Shown: in pieces, positions 15,381 to 23,846 of the stretch
Numbering within the stretch: position 1 is the first letter of the stretch
Layout of the letters: each line of letters starts with the position of its first letter
Origin: Candidatus Parcubacteria bacterium
GTDB taxonomy: Bacteria; Patescibacteriota; Minisyncoccia; Minisyncoccales; JAGMDC01
NCBI GenBank assembly: GCA_023130975.1
Contig: JAGMAD010000005.1
Span: 22,933 to 86,932 of the forward strand
Reading direction: 5' to 3'
DNA: 64,000 nucleotides
Notes under the pieces: generated by a model
Database searches by the model: none
Told to the model about the DNA's origin: nothing
What the model saw: the letters and a program-made list of their open reading frames with translations, nothing else
Translations under genes and position numbers: made by a program

Positions 15381-16670
15381 CTATTCCGTGGGCAATTCGG
15401 GTGGAGCCTCACCTCTCTTGGCCTCAACCCGAGAAATAGAAGGCGCAGCTGTAACTCCTCTACCTGGAAAATGATATAAAGAAGCTAATTCTTCAATGTT
15501 AAGAATAAAATTACCACCTGGCCATGGAAAAAAAGGACTTAATCTTTCAATATAGTTCCTGAACATTTTCCTTTTTCGAACATAAACCCTTCTATTATCT
15601 AAAAACCAAAGCCAAACAGTATGAACCTTAGTGATAGTTCTTTTCATTGGTTTTAATCCATTAAGATCTGCTGTGCCAAAAAGGTCAAAAAAACCCATTG
15701 GGATAGCTTTGTTAGGAGAGAAAAAGACATCTCTTTTCCCTAACTGAAGAAACCTTATACAACATTTAAAAGCGTACTTGCTCGTTTTATCTTCAATGGC
15801 AGACACTACTTTTTTCTCCCCGGGCGTCAGCTCCATTTCCGGAAGAATAGCTCTTTCTTTTTCCTCTGCTTCTTTTGGCACTTCTCCAGTAACTAAGACA
15901 TCTATTGCTTCTTCAATTATTGGTTTTGAAATTGGCGGCTTAGGTCTGTTCACTAATTTATCTACTTCTTTCTTTCCTTTTTCTATAAAATATTTGCTTT
16001 CGTCAAGATGAGAAACCGGCACAGCCGTAATTTGAACCCATAACTGCTCGCCCGGTTTAAATTTTGCCATTCCTTCTAAAAGATTGGACATAGGATCAAT
16101 TCTTTTTTCTTCTTTTGCTACTTCTGGTCTTTCTTCAAAAAATTTAGAATATGTCTTAATGGGATAAACCTCATCTTTTAGCTGATCATAATCACAGCCC
16201 CATATTTCCCAGTCCTTATTAGGAACGTCTTGGGGAACATATTTGGTATAATCATCAACTTCTATAATTTCCAAGTCCGGATACTGGGAATAAAGTACTG
16301 ATTCCACTAAATTACGAGCATTTTCTGGAATTCGAATAAAAAAATGGGGCTCACCCCCAAAACAAGCGATTTCTAAAGAAAAACCTAATTGCGCTTTTCC
16401 TTCAAACCATTTTTCTCTATAATTGGGCGGATCGTAAAAATGCCATAAGCCATTAAAGACAGTTTCCATTGCTTTAATAGGCCTTAAAACCTCTTTGGGC
16501 GGTTTTATTTCCAATACAATGCATCTTATTTTACCAAACCAAACTTGATTTCTCCACCAAAGATAAAGAAATAAAAAGGGCTTAATAAAAATAAAGGGTA
16601 TAATCACCCACCACCAAGTCCTTAAAAAATCCCAAATAGTATTAGAAATTAGAAAAATTTGCTCTTCCAT
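15381..16670 (-). CDS. Membrane-anchored hypothetical protein (429 aa) partnered with the VirD4-like ATPase
   Basis: Trp-rich N-terminal TM region (WDFLRTWWWVIIPFIFIKPFLFLYLWW) followed by a large soluble domain. The C-terminal tail (KRGEAPPELPTE) runs into the GC-rich repeat spacer. Confidence 0.6.
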   Translation of the reverse strand: MEEQIFLISNTIWDFLRTWWWVIIPFIFIKPFLFLYLWWRNQVWFGKIRCIVLEIKPPKEVLRPIKAMETVFNGLWHFYDPPNYREKWFEGKAQLGFSLEIACFGGEPHFFIRIPENARNLVESVLYSQYPDLEIIEVDDYTKYVPQDVPNKDWEIWGCDYDQLKDEVYPIKTYSKFFEERPEVAKEEKRIDPMSNLLEGMAKFKPGEQLWVQITAVPVSHLDESKYFIEKGKKEVDKLVNRPKPPISKPIIEEAIDVLVTGEVPKEAEEKERAILPEMELTPGEKKVVSAIEDKTSKYAFKCCIRFLQLGKRDVFFSPNKAIPMGFFDLFGTADLNGLKPMKRTITKVHTVWLWFLDNRRVYVRKRKMFRNYIERLSPFFPWPGGNFILNIEELASLYHFPGRGVTAAPSISRVEAKRGEAPPELPTE

Positions 16671-16673
16671 TAA

Positions 16674-17759
16674 TTATGCTTCTTTTATGGTGTATTTTCC
16701 TTGAGAATCTCTTAGGAAATATTTTTTGTTCTGCAGATTCAATAGAATGGTATTTTTCTGAACAAAACGTTGGGAGAGAACTTGGTCAGCAATTTCTTTT
16801 GAAGACAGGGGCTTTTCTGATTTTTTTAATACATCAATAATAACATCTTTCACTACTCCTGGCTGATACCCCCAATCGCTCAAGGCATAAAGACCCCGGC
16901 CTACTAAAACAAATCTTGGATCTTTAATTAATTCATTATGAACCGTCTTGACCAGGCAGGGTTTCTCCTCTTGCTCTTGTGCTTCAATAAACTCTGCTAC
17001 TTTAGTAAAGTGTAATGGCTTGTTTTCTCTTTTTATCACTAAAAATGCTTTATCTTTAATTCCTCTCGGATTAATCTCCGGCCAAATAGAAAAGCCGTAT
17101 AATCCTTCTGGCCCTGCTAATATCTGTTTTGAGATTTCAATATAAGAACCTGCCTCTCTCTGCTTGGCAGAACCTTGCTGCCTTTGGTAGTAAGAACCTG
17201 CCTCGCTCTGCTCGACAGAACCTTGATTTTCACGGCTACGCCGTGAAAAATAAGAAGATGAAACACTGATATTTTTTAAAGACAGGGGCTGATTTTTTTT
17301 CTTCAGCTCTTTAATAAAGGAGTCTATAACTTGTTGGGCTGAATTCAAAGCATTTTTATCTATGGTCCAAAAAGGATAAAAATCTTCGGTTTCAGAAAAT
17401 CTTTCAAATTGTTCTCCCAAAGTCAATAAAAATAAAACTTGGGGTTTAAACTTTTTTCCTCCAAGTTTTTCTAAAAGTAAATCTTCTCTCTTTAGTCCAC
17501 CGCAATCCTTTAATTCTTTGGCAAAACCCTGAAAGGCCTCTTGAGATATCTGTTCTGCTTTTCCCTTGACTTTTTTAAGCCCATCTTCTTCTATCTGGCG
17601 CACTCTTTCCCGGGTAATATTATAACTTTTGCCAATTGATTCTAATGTCTCTTTTTTCTCTATTCCAAAACCAAAACGTCGGCTTATAATATCTTTAGTT
17701 CTTTCCTGCGGTAAATCTTTTAGAATATCATTACAAATTTTTTGATAATTAACAAACAT
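16674..17759 (-). CDS. DNA-binding protein: N-terminal sigma-70 region-4-like HTH plus C-terminal HARE-HTH-like domains
   Basis: RRFGFGIEKKETLESIGKSYNITRERVRQIEEDGLKKV matches the region 4.2 pattern. The C-terminal PRFVLVGRGLYALSDWGY pattern is HARE-HTH-like, from memory. Confidence 0.6.
   Translation of the reverse strand: MFVNYQKICNDILKDLPQERTKDIISRRFGFGIEKKETLESIGKSYNITRERVRQIEEDGLKKVKGKAEQISQEAFQGFAKELKDCGGLKREDLLLEKLGGKKFKPQVLFLLTLGEQFERFSETEDFYPFWTIDKNALNSAQQVIDSFIKELKKKNQPLSLKNISVSSSYFSRRSRENQGSVEQSEAGSYYQRQQGSAKQREAGSYIEISKQILAGPEGLYGFSIWPEINPRGIKDKAFLVIKRENKPLHFTKVAEFIEAQEQEEKPCLVKTVHNELIKDPRFVLVGRGLYALSDWGYQPGVVKDVIIDVLKKSEKPLSSKEIADQVLSQRFVQKNTILLNLQNKKYFLRDSQGKYTIKEA
17127..17222. 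repeat. Diverged 48-nt tandem duplication in the linker of the HTH protein
   Basis: It encodes GSVEQSEAGSYYQRQQ / GSAKQREAGSYIEISK. The 36-nt cores CAAGGTTCTG.C.AGCAGAG.GAGGCAGGTTCTTA match at about 30 of 36 positions. Confidence 0.65.
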
Positions 17760-17767
17760 ATTAAGTT

Positions 17768-17814
17768 TTTATATCATATTCCAAAAGAAGTGTCAAATTT
17801 TTTTCTGTGGATAA
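17768..17814 (-). promoter_or_regulatory. Promoter TTGACA-N17-TATAAA with upstream TTATCCACA, 8 nt from the ATG
   Basis: The minus strand reads TTATCCACAgaaaaaaatTTGACActtcttttggaatatgaTATAAAaacttaatATG. Confidence 0.5.
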
Positions 17815-18007
17815 ATATTGTCTAAAATTTACTGTCTAACTTTTATCTAACCATGTTGAATTTTTTTAAAAACCACAGCGAAAAATGGAGATAAAATGAA
17901 TAGCGGAAAAGCAAGAGATAGAGAAATTTTCCAGTGTTTGCACTTGCTTAATTCATCAAAAATTTGGTATAGTGAAATATAGTTAAAAGATAAAATTTTT
18001 TATTATT

Positions 18008-19036
18008 ATGCCATTCAGAGAATCAAAATTTAAAAAATCGCCTGAGATAGAGCTACAAAAAAAAGAGGAAAAAGTAGAACCAGAAATAGAAAAAGTTGAG
18101 AAAGAAGGAATAAAAAAAGAAAAAGAATTTAAAAAAACAGCAAAAGAAGATTTAGAAAAGGCGAGAGGAGAAGCAAATCAAGCGTATGAAAAAGAAGAAA
18201 ATATTTTTGAAAAAGAGCCATTAATATCTGAAAATTTTGAGATTTATTATAATAATGAGATAAAAAATATTTTAGAAGACGGCGATGAGAAAAGATTTGA
18301 TGAAGTAAAAGAATTTGTTGATAAGACATTGGGTTCAAAAAGAGATATGGGGGGCGAGAAATCAAAAATCTATTTATTTTCAGATAAAGAAAAATATTCT
18401 AAATTCTTAGAGGAAAATTTTCCAAATATAAGGCCAGAGCCGGCAACTTTTGATAAAGAAACTAAAAGCGTTTTTAAATATGTATCTGTTACAAGAAAAG
18501 AGGAAATAGAAAAATATAAGGATTTATTACAAGAAAAAGGAATTTCTGAGGAAGAAATCAAAAATACTACCCGCAGCGGTATATTTTCCGGAGTGGGTCA
18601 TGAACTTGGACATTTACATCCGTTTTTTGGCGGAGTTGGCAATGAGAAATCAGAGAGCAAATGGGAGCAAGAAATGGTCTGTATTTTCATTGGAGAAAAA
18701 ATTAGAACAGATTTTGGCAATAAGCGTTTTAGAAAACATCAATTTGAACAATCTCAAAAAGAATTTAGAGAATTAGAAAAGAAGAGTGAAAGTTTTTCAT
18801 GGGAAGAAACAGGGAAAGATTGGCAAGGTGAAATTAAAAATTGGGAGGGATTTGTTTATCCTTGGCTTGAGAAAAAATACGGATTAGAGAAATTACAAGA
18901 ATTTTGGCAAAAAATGTTTAAGGAAGGAAAAACCATAACTAAAGCAGTAGAAGATGTTTATGGCAAAGATATTGATAAATTAGAAGAAGAATTTCAAACG
19001 GATATATTGAAAGCGAAAGACTACTCTTTGAAATAA
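18008..19036 (+). CDS. Hypothetical HExxH protein (putative zinc metallopeptidase) with a Lys/Glu-rich N-terminus
   Basis: 342 aa with the GVGHELGHLH motif. No signal peptide is evident. One of the few plus-strand genes. Confidence 0.5.
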   Translation: MPFRESKFKKSPEIELQKKEEKVEPEIEKVEKEGIKKEKEFKKTAKEDLEKARGEANQAYEKEENIFEKEPLISENFEIYYNNEIKNILEDGDEKRFDEVKEFVDKTLGSKRDMGGEKSKIYLFSDKEKYSKFLEENFPNIRPEPATFDKETKSVFKYVSVTRKEEIEKYKDLLQEKGISEEEIKNTTRSGIFSGVGHELGHLHPFFGGVGNEKSESKWEQEMVCIFIGEKIRTDFGNKRFRKHQFEQSQKEFRELEKKSESFSWEETGKDWQGEIKNWEGFVYPWLEKKYGLEKLQEFWQKMFKEGKTITKAVEDVYGKDIDKLEEEFQTDILKAKDYSLK

Positions 19037-19089
19037 AAATTTGGTTTTTAGAGATAAAAAAAATAAGGGCGAGTGTTAATTAAATTTAA

Positions 19090-19287
19090 CTATCTCGTCC
19101 TAATATTGAGTTCCTCAAGTTCTTTTTCGAGTTTTTTATTGAATTTTTTGAGCCATTCTTCCTGTTCAGTCAGCACTTCTATCATATGATCTAACTGTTT
19201 GTTCGCTTTTCTTACTTCATAAACCGCGCTAATCAAAAAGACAGCGCAAACAATCAAAACAATAATACAATAACCACTTTCGAACAT
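19090..19287 (-). CDS. Small TM plus coiled-coil protein (65 aa)
   Basis: An N-terminal TM segment (CIIVLIVCAVFLISAVY), then a charged helix. It is preceded by AGAGGTGA, one of the rare Shine-Dalgarno-like sequences in the window. Confidence 0.4.
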   Translation of the reverse strand: MFESGYCIIVLIVCAVFLISAVYEVRKANKQLDHMIEVLTEQEEWLKKFNKKLEKELEELNIRTR

Positions 19288-19465
19288 TTTTTCTTTTTTT
19301 CACCTCTATATTTTTTATTGGCCGGTTTTTCTACCTTTGCTATCTTACTGAATTGTAATCTTTGTGGCCGAGAGCTGCTTATCAACTATTACATTGACAA
19401 ACAATTCTTAGCCACAAAGATTTTCTTTTCTTTCTCTATTTTGAGTATTTTAAAAAGCCATTTAT

Positions 19466-19493
19466 AGTATAGCATACTATCCAATTTTGTCAA
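19466..19493 (-). promoter_or_regulatory. Promoter TTGACA-N16-TATACT overlapping the secF stop codon
   Basis: The minus strand reads TTGACAaaattggatagtatgcTATACT. It is followed by a leader of about 170 nt containing a 12-bp inverted repeat, AATCTTTGTGGC (19360-19371) and GCCACAAAGATT (19411-19422). Confidence 0.5.
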
Positions 19494-20380
19494 ATCTTCT
19501 CTCGGCGTTTTAGCCAGTAGACCAGAACAGGGCTGGCTAAGAATAAAGAAGAATAAGTCCCGGCAATAATTCCCATTATCAGGGCTAAAGCAAAGTATTT
19601 TAAGGTTTCTCCGCCAAAAAAGAAAATAGCCGAAAGAACAAATAAAGTAGTTAAAGAAGTATTGATTGAGCGAGTAAGGGTTTGATGCAGGGAAATATTA
19701 ACTATTCCCTTAAAATCCTCTCCTCTCTGAGGATTTAAAATATTTTCTCTTATTCTGTCAAAAACAACTACCGTATTATTAATAGAATAACCAAGAATCG
19801 TAAGTAAAGCGACGATAATAGGAATAGAAATTTCTAAGCCGTAAAACTCTCCCAAAACAGCTAACACTCCCAATGGTATTAAAACATCATGGCCCAAGGC
19901 AATGAGCGCGGCTAATCCGTACTGCCAACTTTTTATTGGTCTTTGGATTTTTCTAAAAGCGAAAGCAATATACAAAACAATAGCTAAAAGAGAAACAGCA
20001 ATAATAGTTCTTGTTTTATCTTTTAACTCCTGGCCAATAACCGGCCCGATGTTTTCATATCTTTGCTGTTCTAATTCTTTACTTTCCTTTAACTTCTTAA
20101 TGACTTGCTGATGGGTTTCTTCAGTTATATCTTTCATTCTAATAATGACTCCTTTGTCTCCGGTTGGCTGAATAACTATTCCACCTAAATCAAAGCCAGA
20201 AAGCTGTTCTTGAATTTCTTGATTTGAAGGTCTTTCTTCGATATATTCTATTTCTAAAATACTTCCACCACTGAATTCAATACTGGGCTTCAAACCGAAA
20301 AGACCAAGACAAAGCAAACTGCCCAGAATCAGAATTCCAGAAAAAATGAAATAGATTTTTGTGTATTTAAGAAAATTCAT
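19490..20380 (-). CDS. secF: Protein translocase subunit SecF
   Basis: MNFLKYTKIYFIFSGILI...six-TM SecF topology. I chose the ATG at 20380. The ORF-track start at 20428 would overlap secD by 44 nt. Confidence 0.9.
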   Translation of the reverse strand: MNFLKYTKIYFIFSGILILGSLLCLGLFGLKPSIEFSGGSILEIEYIEERPSNQEIQEQLSGFDLGGIVIQPTGDKGVIIRMKDITEETHQQVIKKLKESKELEQQRYENIGPVIGQELKDKTRTIIAVSLLAIVLYIAFAFRKIQRPIKSWQYGLAALIALGHDVLIPLGVLAVLGEFYGLEISIPIIVALLTILGYSINNTVVVFDRIRENILNPQRGEDFKGIVNISLHQTLTRSINTSLTTLFVLSAIFFFGGETLKYFALALIMGIIAGTYSSLFLASPVLVYWLKRREKI

Positions 20381-20384
20381 AATA

Positions 20385-21809
20385 TTATCTCCACAAGCGC
20401 TTGAATTTTTCCAATCTTGTTCCTTCAAAGTATTGTAAAAAACTCTTGGTAATAAAAATAGCGGAAAACATACTTAAAAGAATTCCCAAACTCAAAGTCA
20501 AAGCAAAACCCTTGACAAAACTTGTTCCAAAAGAAAATAAAATGACTGCTACAATTAAAGTAGTTAAATTGCCGTCTCTAATAGAGGGCCAAGCTCTATT
20601 AAAGCCCTGCTCCACGCTTTGAGAAAAAGTTTTTCCTTCTTTTAATTCCTCTCTAAAACGGGAAAAAATCAAAATATTAGCATCCACAGCCATTCCAATA
20701 GATAAAATAAATCCGCCGATTCCAGCCAAAGTTAAAGTAACTGGTACTAGCTTAAACAAACTTAAAACCAAGATAACATAAATCAATAAAGCTAAAGAAG
20801 CCAAGATCCCTGGCAAGCGGTAGAAAAGTATTAAAAACAATAAAATAGCCAAAAACCCGAAAATTCCTGCTGTCAGGGATTTTTCTAAAGAAATCTTCCC
20901 TAAAGTGGGTCCTACTGTTTGCTGGGAAATCAAATTTATTGGAACCGGCAAGGCACCTGCTGAAAGATTGCGAGTCAATTCTTTTGCCTCATCTAAAGTA
21001 AACTTGCCAGTGATTTGAGCCCTTCCGCCAGAAATCTTTTCCTGAACAGTAGGGCTGGAAATCATAATTCCATCAATATAAATAGCTAAGGGCTTGCCAA
21101 TATTTTTTTCTGTCAAGTCCTCAAACATCTTTGAACCCTCTTCGTCAAACTGAAGCAAAATTAATGGCTCATAAGCGGTCTGGCCAAAACTCATTTCTGC
21201 TTTTTCAAGATATTTTCCAGTTAAATCAGTGGCTTTAAAAATGTCTTCAAAAGCTAATTCCCAATTTTCAATGGTTTGTATTTCTTCAAAAGTTTTTCCT
21301 GCTTGCATTTCTCTGTTTATCTCTTCTCTTTTAGCCATAATCTCTTCAATATTATCTTTTTGCTCTCTGAACTCTAAAAAAGGTGTTTTGCCAATCATCT
21401 CAATTGCTTTGGCTGGATCTTCTATACCAGCTAATTCTACGATTAAACGATGATGGCCAGGGGTTTTTTGAACTTGAACAACTGGCTCGGTAACTCCAAA
21501 AAGATTAACCCTTCTCTCAATAACATCTCTTAACCCCTGCAAAGAAGAACTATAGTCCTCTTCTTCTAATTGAGACATATCTGCCTCATAAACAAGATGA
21601 GTTCCTCCTTGTAAATCCAGGCCCAAGACAAAATCTTTTTGAGGCATTTGGGGAATATTTGTTAAACGCTCAACATATCTAATCTCATTTTTCTTGGCAT
21701 TAATAACATCAGCTGTGTTATTCCAATACTTCGGTTCAACAAAATTTCCAGCCAAAAAAGCCAGAATAAATATAAGAATAATAATGATGCGATTTCTTTC
21801 TTTGGACAT
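20385..21809 (-). CDS. secD: Protein translocase subunit SecD
   Basis: 474 aa with LGLDLQGGTHLVYEAD, VNLFGVTEPVVQ and the C-terminal six-TM block. Adjacent to secF. Confidence 0.9.
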   Translation of the reverse strand: MSKERNRIIIILIFILAFLAGNFVEPKYWNNTADVINAKKNEIRYVERLTNIPQMPQKDFVLGLDLQGGTHLVYEADMSQLEEEDYSSSLQGLRDVIERRVNLFGVTEPVVQVQKTPGHHRLIVELAGIEDPAKAIEMIGKTPFLEFREQKDNIEEIMAKREEINREMQAGKTFEEIQTIENWELAFEDIFKATDLTGKYLEKAEMSFGQTAYEPLILLQFDEEGSKMFEDLTEKNIGKPLAIYIDGIMISSPTVQEKISGGRAQITGKFTLDEAKELTRNLSAGALPVPINLISQQTVGPTLGKISLEKSLTAGIFGFLAILLFLILFYRLPGILASLALLIYVILVLSLFKLVPVTLTLAGIGGFILSIGMAVDANILIFSRFREELKEGKTFSQSVEQGFNRAWPSIRDGNLTTLIVAVILFSFGTSFVKGFALTLSLGILLSMFSAIFITKSFLQYFEGTRLEKFKRLWR

Positions 21810-21902
21810 ATTTAAATATTATCTTATTGTATCCTTTAAGTCCAAATTGTCAAATAAAAGAAGTCGGACTTTCTATGGAAGTCGGACTTCAAAAATATTG
21901 AT

Positions 21903-22550
21903 TTAAAAAGTTAATAACGACGAGACAATACCCACTAAGAAAATACCGTCAAAGACGCCAGCGCCGCCAATAGAAATAAAGCCCGGACTTAGTTTTTGGG
22001 CTTTTCTGATATTCAAAATATCAGCGCCGATTAAAGCTCCTAAAACGCCAGAGACAAAAGCGCAGGGAGCAGCAAATCCCGGGGCCAAGATTAAAGCAAA
22101 AATAGCTGAAAAAATCGGCGGAACAAAAAAGGGCAGAGTTATTCCTCTGCCCGGAACAATCCGAGCCAGATAATAGCAAATAATTATCATAAAAATAGTG
22201 GCTGCTAAAACCGGCTCAAAAGGAATTTTAGATAAAAAGAAAACACAAAGCAAGAGAGGAATAACCCCTCCGCCTAAATTAATAGCCAGGCCTTGAACCA
22301 TTAAATTTGGTTTGGCAAAAAAACCAAAAAAGCGATACTCTTTAACTTGAACTAATTTCTTTCTGGTCAAAGGGATATTTACTAAAGAGCCAAATAAAAT
22401 TAAAAGAAGCAGCAAAAATGTTGCTTCTGGCGAAATGCCTAATTTCCCAAAACCAATAGTAATAATATGAAAAAACCCCAAAATAAAAAGAAGGGGCAGA
22501 AAGAAAATAGCTAGAATTAAAATTAGGCATCCTGTTGGAAATAAAAACAT
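21903..22550 (-). CDS. DUF1614-like polytopic membrane protein
   Basis: 215 aa, highly hydrophobic, with the C-terminal motif GGAGVFDGIFLVGI. The family assignment is from memory. Confidence 0.5.
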   Translation of the reverse strand: MFLFPTGCLILILAIFFLPLLFILGFFHIITIGFGKLGISPEATFLLLLLILFGSLVNIPLTRKKLVQVKEYRFFGFFAKPNLMVQGLAINLGGGVIPLLLCVFFLSKIPFEPVLAATIFMIIICYYLARIVPGRGITLPFFVPPIFSAIFALILAPGFAAPCAFVSGVLGALIGADILNIRKAQKLSPGFISIGGAGVFDGIFLVGIVSSLLTF

Positions 22551-22674
22551 ATTATTTTATTCTTTTTGTAAATTCGCGGATTATATTTTCATAACCTTGT
22601 TTCCAAATTTGGTCATAGATTCATGAATATTTAAAAATTATTTTTGGATATTTTTCCATATTATTTTATTTTAC

Positions 22675-22710
22675 CAAAAAATCGCGGCTGGTGAAAGACA
22701 ACGCCGCGAT
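22675..22710 (-). terminator. Rho-independent terminator after the ImmA-like gene
   Basis: The minus strand reads ATCGCGGC-gttgtctttcacca-GCCGCGAT followed by TTTTTT, then a TGGTAAAAT extended -10 for the next gene. Confidence 0.7.
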
Positions 22711-22737
22711 GAATAATGTTTTATAAATCGATATCAA

Positions 22738-23358
22738 TTATGTTTTATTATTAATATCACTCAAAGCAATTTCTATAACCTCTTCAGAGACGCCGAATAT
22801 TTTTGATATTGGTATTGCAAGATAAGAATTTAATGTTTTAATGTCTATGTTCTTTAAATTGTATAATTTATTTTCTTTTATAGCCTTATTTCTTTCTTTA
22901 GTTAATTTATTTCTTGGAACAAGTAGATAATTTGCAAATTTATTTGCTTGAGCTTCAAGATAACCATATTGTTGTTGAGGAATTTTTTCAATTAATTTAT
23001 AGAAATCTTCAAGATTTTTTATACAAAAACTATTATAGACATTTTTATGTAAAATAAAATGCCCCAATTCGTGGGCGAATGAAAATCTTAAACGATTTTT
23101 GTAACGCTCATCTAAATACTTATCATAATCAACATATACCGCACTCCAATTTGAAGTAATTAATGCATCTGTGTCGCATAACTTTTGCAATTCCTTTTTA
23201 GGTATAATATCTAATTTCAATTTTAAATCTATAATTTCTTCGGTATCAACTGGGATAGAATTGTCCCAAAACTTTATCCTAAATAAATTGGCATTATCTT
23301 TAATTTTTGAGTTATTTAAAAAAGGAACAACAATACTCTTATAATTTATATTAGGCAT
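22738..23358 (-). CDS. ImmA/IrrE-family (M78) metallopeptidase
   Basis: HExxH in the context FSFAHELGHFILH. It is overlapped by 8 nt by the upstream XRE gene, which is the typical pairing. Confidence 0.75.
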   Translation of the reverse strand: MPNINYKSIVVPFLNNSKIKDNANLFRIKFWDNSIPVDTEEIIDLKLKLDIIPKKELQKLCDTDALITSNWSAVYVDYDKYLDERYKNRLRFSFAHELGHFILHKNVYNSFCIKNLEDFYKLIEKIPQQQYGYLEAQANKFANYLLVPRNKLTKERNKAIKENKLYNLKNIDIKTLNSYLAIPISKIFGVSEEVIEIALSDINNKT

Positions 23359-23725
23359 CTCGTATTAATTCTATCAATCTATCAATTTCTTTTTTGGTCG
23401 GCTTTTTATTGCGGAGGGTCCTAAAGAAGGCAGGTAAATACCCAACTGTATTACTCTGAGACAAAATATCTTGTGGAATGATACCTTGAGCTATAATTGC
23501 CTTGTCAATAAAATCCTGGATATCTTTTTTGTTTTTAATCCCTAAAATCTTTGCCCATTTAAGTAATATTTTCTCATCAGAGGGTGGAGACATTTTTCCT
23601 CTTTCTATTTTACTCCAATTACTCGGATCATAACCAGTTATTCGACATATTTTTCTTAAACTTAATTCTCTTTTAATTCTTAAATTTTTTAAAAATTTAC
23701 CAAATTTTTTAAAATTTTTAGACAT
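23351..23725 (-). CDS. XRE-family helix-turn-helix transcriptional regulator
   Basis: FGKFLKNLRIKRELSLRKICRITGYDPSNWSKIERGK shows the HTH_3 pattern. Confidence 0.75.
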   Translation of the reverse strand: MSKNFKKFGKFLKNLRIKRELSLRKICRITGYDPSNWSKIERGKMSPPSDEKILLKWAKILGIKNKKDIQDFIDKAIIAQGIIPQDILSQSNTVGYLPAFFRTLRNKKPTKKEIDRLIELIRDA

Positions 23726-23760
23726 AAAATTTAAATATTATAACTTATTAACTTTTATTA

Positions 23761-23817
23761 ACTGTGGTTTTAGTTTACCACACCCGCAAATGCTGTCAAT
23801 ACCTCAACTGTGGATAA
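23761..23817 (-). promoter_or_regulatory. Promoter/operator region of the XRE-ImmA pair
   Basis: The minus strand reads TTATCCACAGTTgaggtaTTGACAgcatttgcggGTGTGGTaaactaaaACCACAGTT. It contains the palindrome TGTGGT-N8-ACCACA and CCACAGTT twice. Confidence 0.4.
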
Positions 23818-23846
23818 TTTTTCATATTTCTATTCTAATTAAAAAT

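Noticed and set aside
15091-15474. ORFs 15091..15342 (minus) and 15145..15474 (plus) in the operon spacer.
   Set aside because: Both are made of repeat and hairpin sequence, overlap each other on opposite strands, and have low-complexity products. I treat the region as a non-coding repeat spacer.
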